Assembly: GCA_016933055.1 (NCBI GenBank)
Contig: JAFGBS010000033.1
Span: forward strand, 30,001-62,000
Length of the DNA stretch: 32,000 bases
From: Promethearchaeota archaeon
GTDB taxonomy: Archaea > Asgardarchaeota > Lokiarchaeia > Sigyniarchaeales > Promethearchaeaceae
Reading direction: 5' to 3'
In this document: one piece after another, positions 18,052 to 25,870 of the stretch
Layout: each line of letters starts with the position of its first letter
Numbering within the stretch: the stretch's first letter is position 1
The notes under the pieces: generated by a model
What the model was told of the DNA's origin: nothing
The model's database searches: none
The model's input: only the letters and a program-made list of their open reading frames with translations
Program-made: the position numbers and the translations under genes

Positions 18052-18606
18052 CTACAAACAATATGGTTCTGATGTTTGGTAAGGTAATATTTGTTTGACT
18101 TCTGCATCTTCCACCGAGATAATGCCTGCTATATCATTCATTAACATATGCCATGCCTTCAAAACCGTTTTAATATCCTCACCCATAGAGAGTTTCTGCT
18201 TTAAATCTTCTGCAATCTCTTCAATGTCAATCGGTAGAACTCCTATTGTATTAATGGGAAGAAATAATAGTAATGCATAACGTTGGATTCCCCCTCTTGC
18301 TTTGGAATCGAGAACCGAAATTTTCTTGATGTGAATAATATACTTCACACCTTTACTATCGGTTAGAAATAAGGCTAATTCATCAGAGCGTGAAGAAATT
18401 GAATCCTGTAAAATATTATATTGAGTTAAGGAACTAAAAGTGGAAAAATCATAAGAAACCCCGATAAATTGAGGTCCTAATTTGTGATCATAATGAGAAC
18501 ACGCTATGCCAATTTCACTTGGGTAATTTACGCTTTCTTCTTGATCACTTTCCGATCTTGAGGGTTTAATTTGAGTGATGAAATCCTCAAGTAGATTTTG
18601 ATCCAT
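18052..18606 (-). CDS. uDENN/longin-like domain protein (folliculin/SMCR8-type)
   Basis: IACSHYDHKLGPQF and DSKARGGIQRYALLL match the two hallmark motifs of uDENN-longin domains (F/YxxxxGP and D..ARG...R). Confidence 0.7.
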   Translation of the reverse strand: MDQNLLEDFITQIKPSRSESDQEESVNYPSEIGIACSHYDHKLGPQFIGVSYDFSTFSSLTQYNILQDSISSRSDELALFLTDSKGVKYIIHIKKISVLDSKARGGIQRYALLLFLPINTIGVLPIDIEEIAEDLKQKLSMGEDIKTVLKAWHMLMNDIAGIISVEDAEVKQILPYQTSEPYCL

Positions 18607-18950
18607 TTTTATTCGCTTCTTCTTGATTGAGTCTATACTTAAAACAGTAGATCAGATTAGAACAGATAAATATACAGTTTTAAAAATATTTTAAAAAAAT
18701 TTCAACTGATCCCAATTTTTTCAGAACCAAATATCTCAAAAAAATTCAAATAATTAACATCTATACAGGGCAATCTACAAATTAAATTATCCCAATACCT
18801 AAGGCTATCAGGAAACTGAATTAAACATATAAATCCAAGTCTTTTTAGGAACTTAGAGTAATTTGGTTCCCGAATAATAGAAATAGAGAGATTTTCTTAC
18901 ATATTGTTTGAGGAAATACGTAAAGGTGAATGTGTAACATGAACCTAGTT

Positions 18951-18990
18951 AAAAAAATGAAAAAAACTTAGAAATTGGGTGCAATTTCTA
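18951..18990 (-). terminator. Hairpin plus T-tracts downstream of the Fic gene
   Basis: Perfect 9-bp stem TAGAAATTG-GGTG-CAATTTCTA (18969-18990), followed on the minus strand by two T7 runs. Confidence 0.55.
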
Positions 18991-19072
18991 TCCTATATTT
19001 GGGTGAAAATTAAAGAAAAAACTCGAATATTCATAGATTTAATATTAATATCAATCTTCAAAATTTTCTAGA

Positions 19073-19981
19073 TTATTTAGGGATTCTCAAACTCCTGATT
19101 GATTTTAAATAATTTTTAAAGAACCAGCCGACAAAGCTCATCTCATCTTCTTTTAGATTTGCCTTTTCTAATGAATTATAATAGGATTTCCTAATGTTAG
19201 CAGGGATATCAAACATAGGATATCTGTTTTGAAATAGAATGAAATTCATTAGTAATCTTGCCATTCTGCCATTACCATCATCAAAGGGGTGAATTGATAC
19301 AAAACGAAGATGCATTAAACAAGATAGAAGCACGGGATGAATCTTTCTAGGGTTTTCTTCATACCAGATAAATAATTGATCCAATAAATCTTCACAATCG
19401 AAACCCCCTGGAGGAGGTACATAGTTACTTCCACTGATGTATATTTGCCCTTTTCTTATCAAACCAGCAAAGTTAGTCCTATTTGGGTGGAGATTAAAAA
19501 TGGATTTATGCCATTTAAGAATCACACCCATACTTAAATCTGTAGTATCAATTGAATTTACCATATTTTCGTAAATTTTCATATGGAGTTTTGCTTCAAC
19601 GATATGATCGGTCGATTTATTTATTGGAACTTCTGGTTCATTTATAACCAATTCTACATCCCGTAAAGTCAATGTTGATCCTTCAATTTTGTTTGTATTA
19701 TGGGTAAATCTTATCCCGAAATCCTTTAGATGCTCTGCTCTTAGTAGACTGGGAATAGATTCTAATTTTTTATTGTAATCATTCTTTATTTCTTCGATCT
19801 CTGCTATCCATCGTTTATCCACGATTGTTTGAATAAATTCTTCCTTAATTTCTTCCATATTCTCCGGCAATTCCTTACCAATTTCTTTATCGATGGTTTT
19901 AACTTGATGTTCTTCTCGATAATTATAGATAAGGTAATAATATTCATACCCTAGAACGGATTTTTTTTTCACTGTAACCAT
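19073..19981 (-). CDS. Fic-domain protein (class II, N-terminal autoinhibitory motif) with an extra N-terminal beta-rich domain
   Basis: Canonical HPFDDGNGRMAR motif, inhibitory TNKIEG motif and an N-terminal KKSVLGYEYYYLIYNYRE...EIG segment. Confidence 0.93.
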   Translation of the reverse strand: MVTVKKKSVLGYEYYYLIYNYREEHQVKTIDKEIGKELPENMEEIKEEFIQTIVDKRWIAEIEEIKNDYNKKLESIPSLLRAEHLKDFGIRFTHNTNKIEGSTLTLRDVELVINEPEVPINKSTDHIVEAKLHMKIYENMVNSIDTTDLSMGVILKWHKSIFNLHPNRTNFAGLIRKGQIYISGSNYVPPPGGFDCEDLLDQLFIWYEENPRKIHPVLLSCLMHLRFVSIHPFDDGNGRMARLLMNFILFQNRYPMFDIPANIRKSYYNSLEKANLKEDEMSFVGWFFKNYLKSIRSLRIPK

Positions 19982-19989
19982 ACTTATAT

Positions 19990-20041
19990 TTACCCATACA
20001 AATAATTAAATTTTGCGAATGTTATGAAAATGTAGGGGTAA
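19990..20041. promoter_or_regulatory. Inverted-repeat site 1: TTACCCATACA-N30-TGTAGGGGTAA
   Basis: 11-bp arms (1 mismatch) at 19990-20000 and 20031-20041, starting 9 bp upstream of the Fic start. The spacer holds a minus-strand BRE/TATA-like CGCAAAATTTAATTA. Confidence 0.7.
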
Positions 20042-20053
20042 GAACAAATAATT

Positions 20054-20077
20054 TTCAATACTAGCGCTATAATTGAA
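20054..20077. repeat. 24-bp imperfect palindrome TTCAATAC-TAGCGCTA-TAATTGAA
   Basis: 10 of 12 symmetric pairs. Confidence 0.55.
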
Positions 20078-20163
20078 CGCTGCCGAAGAAATATTTTCGT
20101 TAAAAATGACTATTTTGCTGCGATATACATTTAAATCGATCGTGCAAGATAATAAAAATTAAT

Positions 20164-20215
20164 TTACCCCTACAAAATATCTTAATATATAATAATTTTT
20201 ATATTGTAGGGGTAA
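20164..20215. promoter_or_regulatory. Inverted-repeat site 2: TTACCCCTACA-N30-TGTAGGGGTAA
   Basis: Perfect 11-bp arms at 20164-20174 and 20205-20215. The spacer is exactly 30 bp, as in site 1, and contains TATA-like TTAATATATAAT. Confidence 0.75.
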
Positions 20216-20260
20216 AAAATTTCTTTGCATCAATATAAGTTATTTAATTGATTAATCAAC

Positions 20261-20585
20261 ACCTATTCTGCTCTTTTGAGGGAGTAGGTAAAAGATTAAA
20301 CGTAAAACTATTATAACAATGCTCCTAACGTCAAGATCAGAAACCCATTAGGGTTCTTATGAGTTTTAGAAACGTCTATGCTACAACTTATGTAGTTGTT
20401 CGGTTGAATTACAGAATAGGCTTGTAGCGTAGTTGTAGAAGGGAAAATTCCAAATACACCGTGAAAGCCCATAGCATGCTTTTTGAGTAATAAAGATAAT
20501 TTATGCTTGTGAATAGTACAATTGATAAGAGCTCGTACCTATACCATCAATCACCTATCCGGATGAATAGGGTAATTATTAGGTA
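20261..20585. other. ORF-free, hairpin-rich region (candidate structured RNA)
   Basis: Hairpins at 20261-20289, 20342-20355, 20383-20399 and 20536-20585. Long-range complements CCTATTCTG/CAGAATAGG and CTACAACT/AGTTGTAG. Confidence 0.3.
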
Positions 20586-20608
20586 TCTCCGCATAGTTTT
20601 ACCTTAGT

Positions 20609-20989
20609 TCAGCTTTCTGATAGCACTGTTTTCGAAAAATCACGCCAATCTGCCAAGGAAGAAAGGATAAGCAACTTCTCCCCAGGAATACCAAATTCAG
20701 TCAAAGAGATATCCCCGATAATAATGTTTCTTCCTCGAGCTCCAATAACCTTGAAAGAAGATTCTGTTTGAGATATTTTTTCTAGAATTTTGATATTCAC
20801 AATCTCATCTAAACTCACTGCACCCTCGTATCCTTCGTATTCTTTTTCAAAATAATATTTGGCAGTATTATCCTCCCATTTCATCACCAATTGCTTTACA
20901 TTTTCGGGAGGTTTGGTGATCAACTCCCGCCATTTGAACCGAAATCTGTGCACCCCCCTTTTGTCGGAAGGATTTTCATTTTTACTCAT
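20609..20989 (-). CDS. Hypothetical protein
   Basis: 126-aa ORF with an ATG start, 26 bp downstream of the co-oriented dehydrogenase gene. No recognised motif. Confidence 0.65.
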   Translation of the reverse strand: MSKNENPSDKRGVHRFRFKWRELITKPPENVKQLVMKWEDNTAKYYFEKEYEGYEGAVSLDEIVNIKILEKISQTESSFKVIGARGRNIIIGDISLTEFGIPGEKLLILSSLADWRDFSKTVLSES

Positions 20990-21015
20990 AAGGATTCTCT
21001 CTGTGCAAGGTAGTT

Positions 21016-22416
21016 TTACGTGGGTGCATAATTTCGAGATGTAGAAAAACCAATTCCCTTGAATATTACACCCATATTTTCGAATAGATTTGGATCAAAA
21101 ATCCGTCTTCCATCAATAATAATAGCTTTTTTCATAGATCGTTTAAAATCATTGGGTTTTATTTGAGAGAATTCGTCCCATTCTGTAACGATCAATACTC
21201 CTTCAGTATCCCTTATTGCTTCTAATGCAGAATCACAATACGTTATTGGGGCATCTACCGCAATTCCCGATTCTTTCCTAAAGTTTTCTTTAGCAACTGG
21301 ATCATACACACGCAGTATTGCACCTATATCCAGCAATTTTTTTGCTATCTTAATAGAAGGAGCAAATCTCACGTCATCGGTATTGGGTTTAAATGACAAT
21401 CCAAGTAGTCCAATAAGTTTTCCTTGCAGATCCCCGAGTTCTTCTTTTAACATAGTAATGGGATAATACGGCTGGTTTTCATTTACTTGCAATGTAGCAT
21501 CTAATATTTTTGAAATGTAACCTGCTTCCTTACCGGCATTGTATAGCGCTTTCACATCTTTAGGGAAACAAGAACCCCCAAATCCCAAACCCGCATTTAG
21601 ATACTCCTTGCTAATCCGATTATCCATACCTAATGCTTTTGAGACAATTTTTATATCTACTCCAAATAAGGCAGAGATATTAGCCATCTCGTTGATAAAT
21701 GATACCTTAGTTGCCAGAAACGAATTGTTCGCATATTTTATCATCTCCGCTGTGCGTAAATCACATCGTAAGAATACATTTTTTCCGATTTTCTGTTCAT
21801 GGAAATCTTGAAAGACTTCGTAAAATTCTTGATAAGACCTATCATCGATAGCACCAATAATTATCTTATCAGGATTTAAAAAATCATAAATAGCAGCCCC
21901 TTCTCGGAGGAATTCAGGGGTCATACACACTCCAAAATTCTTTCCTGCTTTTTTACCCGATTCTCTTTCAATGATCGGTATAACATGAGAATCCGTTGTT
22001 CCAGGAATAACTGTGCTCTTCACCGAAATTGCATGGTAGGTAGATTTTTTCTTCAGAACTTTCCCAATGTTCTTAGATGCGGTATGAATTTGGCTAAGAT
22101 CAATATACCCCATATCCGAAGTTGGAGTTCCTACGCAAATAAATGTAATATCTGAATTTAATACTGCTTGTTCCGTATCGACTGTTGCAGAGATAATACC
22201 ATCCTCAACACCCATTTGGAGAAATTCTGGTAATTGATCTTCATGAATGGGTGAAATTCCCGATTTAATCTGTTCGATTCTTTTCTTATCAACATCCACG
22301 CAAATAACGGGAGTATTTAATTTCGCTAGACATGCAGAAAGGCATAATCCTACATAGCCCATTCCAACAACGGATACAGTTTTCCTCTTAATATCACTCA
22401 TCGTATTCAATCTCAT
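21016..22416 (-). CDS. ugd: UDP-glucose/GDP-mannose 6-dehydrogenase family
   Basis: GMGYVG, FICVGTP, KSTVIPGT, PEFLREG, AEMIKYANN.FLA.K.SF.NE, GFGGSCFPKD (catalytic Cys) and LGLSFKPNTDD.R. The start may be the ATG at 22401. Confidence 0.95.
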   Translation of the reverse strand: MRLNTMSDIKRKTVSVVGMGYVGLCLSACLAKLNTPVICVDVDKKRIEQIKSGISPIHEDQLPEFLQMGVEDGIISATVDTEQAVLNSDITFICVGTPTSDMGYIDLSQIHTASKNIGKVLKKKSTYHAISVKSTVIPGTTDSHVIPIIERESGKKAGKNFGVCMTPEFLREGAAIYDFLNPDKIIIGAIDDRSYQEFYEVFQDFHEQKIGKNVFLRCDLRTAEMIKYANNSFLATKVSFINEMANISALFGVDIKIVSKALGMDNRISKEYLNAGLGFGGSCFPKDVKALYNAGKEAGYISKILDATLQVNENQPYYPITMLKEELGDLQGKLIGLLGLSFKPNTDDVRFAPSIKIAKKLLDIGAILRVYDPVAKENFRKESGIAVDAPITYCDSALEAIRDTEGVLIVTEWDEFSQIKPNDFKRSMKKAIIIDGRRIFDPNLFENMGVIFKGIGFSTSRNYAPT

Positions 22417-22754
22417 AACCTATACATATTTGTATGGAAAGAGCTTTATCAAATTTCTGTACAAGTAGGGAAAAAAAAATTGAATTCTCGCAAATTCTGA
22501 ATCATGGTATTTTGGAATAGACATAATTTTTTAAATGAAATGAATTATTTTTTGAATCGATTATTCCATCAACATCTGGGAACGAATACCATGTCCCAAA
22601 AATGTACGAGGATTTCTAATCCGTTCAGTGGCCATTATAACGGTTAAAATTCCATGTTCTAATCCAATTGGGTAAAATTACTTACTAGAAAGATGTATAC
22701 GCAGTATTTTGCTAATAGGTAAATTTATTCCTATAAACCTCTATAGTTTCCTTT

Positions 22755-23618
22755 TCATTGACCAATCTCAATTTTTATTTTTATTTCCGGGTAATTCTTG
22801 TTTTTCAGAAGCCTGTGTTTGATTTTGGGAACTATTTTTAGATAAATCCAGAAACTAAAAAAAAATGAGCCGATAAGGAAGATCGGTTCAAAAATTAAAA
22901 TAATCCCTAGTTCCAAGGAGTTTTGAAAAATTCTTTCTTGTATAAATAGCAGTATATATAGAATTGGTGTTGTTATGCCTGCAAATCCCTTGATAATAGA
23001 AACAAAATAACAACCTACTCCCCGTACATCCAAGGAATTCGTCAAAACTTTATCTGATAGCAAATCTTCCAGATTCTCTTTTTTCATGAAAATAATGCCC
23101 GAATCTTCCAAAAACCATGCTGGAAATATAATAAGAATACTAATTGGGGTTAATACTAAAGACATTGCAGCTGAAGAGAATGCTAGTGATCCATTTATAA
23201 ATTCAATTCCTAAATCGAAAAGTAGCTTATTTAAGCTTAAACTCAAGGTGATTGCTAGAAGTGTCGAATAAAATCCCCGTGATACAAACTCTAGGAAGGT
23301 ATAATTTTTCTCAATTTTCTTCACTCCCATGGGGTATTTCCCTAGTTTCATTAGCTTAGCGATTTGAATGAATAAAGGAGTAATCCCCATGGCAATAAAA
23401 ACGGTGACCAATTGGATTATTACAGGAATAATAAACATAATTACTAAATCTACAATTAATCCCCCAGGTATAACTAAAGAAATTCCGGATGAAGAACTAG
23501 TTCTTGTAATGATGAAATAAATTAAAATTGTTATATATACGATGAACAGAATAAAAAATATTACTGCTCCCACCAGAAATGTATTTCGCTTATTGCGAGT
23601 TTTGATTTCTTTTACCAT
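22755..23618 (-). CDS. Hypothetical multi-pass membrane protein
   Basis: 287 aa with about 6 hydrophobic segments and a W.LEDSG motif. No recognised family. Confidence 0.8.
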   Translation of the reverse strand: MVKEIKTRNKRNTFLVGAVIFFILFIVYITILIYFIITRTSSSSGISLVIPGGLIVDLVIMFIIPVIIQLVTVFIAMGITPLFIQIAKLMKLGKYPMGVKKIEKNYTFLEFVSRGFYSTLLAITLSLSLNKLLFDLGIEFINGSLAFSSAAMSLVLTPISILIIFPAWFLEDSGIIFMKKENLEDLLSDKVLTNSLDVRGVGCYFVSIIKGFAGITTPILYILLFIQERIFQNSLELGIILIFEPIFLIGSFFFSFWIYLKIVPKIKHRLLKNKNYPEIKIKIEIGQ

Positions 23619-23655
23619 ATAATAAACGTGAAAAAACCTCTATAATAAAATTCTC

Positions 23656-23682
23656 TGATCTCTAGTCATGGTGATCTCTAGT
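23656..23682. repeat. 11-bp direct repeat TGATCTCTAGT x2 in a divergent promoter region
   Basis: Perfect copies at 23656-23666 and 23672-23682. Confidence 0.6.
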
Positions 23683-23720
23683 TAAGGATTTTTATACACC
23701 ATTAGATAATTAGTAAGTCA

Positions 23721-23954
23721 ATGGTTGGGAAGAAAAAAACACTGTTTCCGCAATGCCCACGCTGTAATTTAAAAATGCGGATAGAAATTAATACTGAAGT
23801 GATTGAAGTCGAACCAGGTAGTTTTTATTTAATCGTTCATGCCCATGGAGATTTAGACGTCGACGCTCATGCGGTAATCATTGAAGTTGATAATAATTTT
23901 GGAATTCGCGGTATACGGGTGTCAGATATATTTGAATATACCTATGATATCTAA
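23721..23954 (+). CDS. Small putative Zn-binding protein (CxxC...HxH...H)
   Basis: CPRC, HAHG, H..IIEVD...IRG. ATG start, and the ORF fills the gap between neighbours. Confidence 0.75.
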   Translation: MVGKKKTLFPQCPRCNLKMRIEINTEVIEVEPGSFYLIVHAHGDLDVDAHAVIIEVDNNFGIRGIRVSDIFEYTYDI

Positions 23955-23969
23955 GCCCAAACCCTCTTA

Positions 23970-24755
23970 TCATTGATTTTGAATCGATTGCTCGTAGGTA
24001 ATCAATGCAGCACCCAACGCTCCGGTTATTTGGGGGTTCTCGGGAACAAAAATAGGGAAGCCAATTTCTTCTTCTAGTGCTTTTCTTACTGCCACATTCC
24101 AAGCCACTCCTCCACAAAAAACTAGCGGAGATTCAACATTAATTCGTTTTGCCATTGCTCCTACTCTTTTCGCAATAGAGATGTGGATTCCCATGGCAAT
24201 ATCCTCCTTTTTTTTACCTTGAGAAAACAAGCCAATGACTTCGCTTTCTGCAAACACCGTACAAGTGGAAGAGACTTTTTCGGGTGAGTTCGACTTTAAA
24301 GCCAGATTCCCTAAATCTTGTAAGGGTATATCCAATGCCTGAGCCATTACTTCAAGGAATCTACCCGTTCCTGCAGCACATTTGTCATTCATTTGAAAAT
24401 CAACTATTTTTCCCGAATTTTTCTCTATTTTGATGACCTTAGAGTCCTGACCACCAATATCAATTATTGATAATGCATTCGGAAAATAAAATTGTACACC
24501 GCGCGCGTGAGCAGAAATTTCTGTAATTCTTTGATCAGCAATATCTAAAGAATGTCTTCCATATCCAGTACTCATGATGTGAGAAATCTGTTCTTTTTTG
24601 AGACGATTCTTTGTCAATATCTGATTGAAAAGCGAGTTTCCAACTTCATTATATTGGTATGAGGATCGATCGATGAGGAAGTCTTGAAGCTTATCATTAT
24701 TTAACAGAACTATCTTAGTTACCAAACTTCCTATGTCGATACCTACATTATACAT
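23970..24755 (-). CDS. Acyl-CoA dehydratase activase (HgdC/BadG-type ASKHA ATPase, [4Fe-4S])
   Basis: GIDIGS..TK, TGYGR, EISAHARG, DIGGQDSK, MNDKCAAGTGRFLE, SSTCTVFAESE, GGVA.N and GALGAA. Confidence 0.95.
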   Translation of the reverse strand: MYNVGIDIGSLVTKIVLLNNDKLQDFLIDRSSYQYNEVGNSLFNQILTKNRLKKEQISHIMSTGYGRHSLDIADQRITEISAHARGVQFYFPNALSIIDIGGQDSKVIKIEKNSGKIVDFQMNDKCAAGTGRFLEVMAQALDIPLQDLGNLALKSNSPEKVSSTCTVFAESEVIGLFSQGKKKEDIAMGIHISIAKRVGAMAKRINVESPLVFCGGVAWNVAVRKALEEEIGFPIFVPENPQITGALGAALITYEQSIQNQ

Positions 24756-24907
24756 CTTGCATTTACATAGAACAGAACGAACAAAAATTTTGTGAAATCA
24801 GTATCATTTCGTTAATTTTTAAGCAGAGCATACACATTAATCATCAAACAACACAAAATTTCTACCTTAAGCTACAAACACAAACAGAACTTCGTGGGTT
24901 CTTACTA

Positions 24908-25867
24908 ATGGAAAAACAACTAAATCAACTTATTAAAAATTTTATTGATGCTATAGAAAATGTTGATATGATCGCACTTATTGATCGTGATGGTTTGGTT
25001 CTGATGTCTATGCTAAAAGAAACTGAAGATGCTATATTAGGTGCGATCACTGCAGCATTTGACATGTTTATAGAGCGATTGAAACAAGAATTCATGGGTT
25101 CCGAGTTTATTAACATAATGACACTGGGAAAACGAAAGTTCTTTTTCGCAAGTGTTGGAGATAATGCAATATTAACTGTAGTTGCAAATGAAAAAGGTAT
25201 CGAAAGTGAAATCCGAGTGTATAGTGAGTTAGCATTGGGGAGAGTAAACCGAATTCTGTCAGGTGAGGAAAACGTTTCTCTAGAAATCCCGGGTATCATA
25301 AAAATTATGAGTAAAATGAAAGTTTTTTCGCGATTTAAGGACGGAAAACTTCCAAAAGGGATCTTTACTATTAAAGTAATTTTATGTGGGGATTATCGTG
25401 TAGGAAAAACTTCTCTAATCCGACGCTTTGTAAACGACTCCTTCGAACAAAGCTATGTAGCTACCATCGGTGTTGATATATCTCGTAGAGAAATGCGGTT
25501 TGATGAGAACTGTACGTTGAATTTTCTTATCTGGGATATCGGGGGACAGTTGCATCAAATGGCTCCTTACCGGAAGCGATTTTATAATGGTGCTCATGCA
25601 GCATTTTTAATATTTGATAAAACACGTAGAGACAGTTTTCTAAATATTAAAAAATGGACAGAAGATATTGATCGTCGCAATCCTCAAGGTATTCCAAAAA
25701 TTCTGATCGGAAACAAAACTGACTTAACTTTCGATATCGAAGTGACGGATGAGGAAATTATGGAATTATCGGAAAAATTGGGATTTGAATACATAGAAAC
25801 ATCGGCAAAAACCGGAGAGAATGTCGATTTAGCATTCAAATATATTGCTCTTCAATCTATTTCCTAA
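24908..25867 (+). CDS. Roadblock/LC7 domain fused to a Rab-like small GTPase
   Basis: N-terminal roadblock pattern (IALIDRDGLVL...AITAA). C-terminal G1 GDYRVGKTS, G2 TIG, G3 WDIGGQ, G4 NKTD and G5 TSAK. Confidence 0.92.
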   Translation: MEKQLNQLIKNFIDAIENVDMIALIDRDGLVLMSMLKETEDAILGAITAAFDMFIERLKQEFMGSEFINIMTLGKRKFFFASVGDNAILTVVANEKGIESEIRVYSELALGRVNRILSGEENVSLEIPGIIKIMSKMKVFSRFKDGKLPKGIFTIKVILCGDYRVGKTSLIRRFVNDSFEQSYVATIGVDISRREMRFDENCTLNFLIWDIGGQLHQMAPYRKRFYNGAHAAFLIFDKTRRDSFLNIKKWTEDIDRRNPQGIPKILIGNKTDLTFDIEVTDEEIMELSEKLGFEYIETSAKTGENVDLAFKYIALQSIS

Positions 25868-25870
25868 AAT

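Noticed and set aside
18700-18945. Short stop-interrupted + strand frame in the intergenic region
   Set aside because: No start codon or recognisable homology.
20405-20455. ACAGAATAGGCTT and GAAGGGAAAATTCC resemble RNase P RNA CR-V and CR-I
   Set aside because: They are in the wrong order and lack the complementary P4 pairing.
20455-20575. GTGAAAGCCC and CGGATGA reminiscent of a hammerhead core or group II intron 5' end
   Set aside because: The CUGAUGA core is not exact, the required stems are absent, and there is no domain V or GUGCG start.
22480-22740. Possible TnpB or other pseudogene remnant (MSQKC; minus-strand fragment YPIGLEHG...)
   Set aside because: No CxxC zinc ribbon or RuvC motif, and the fragments are short and interrupted by stops.
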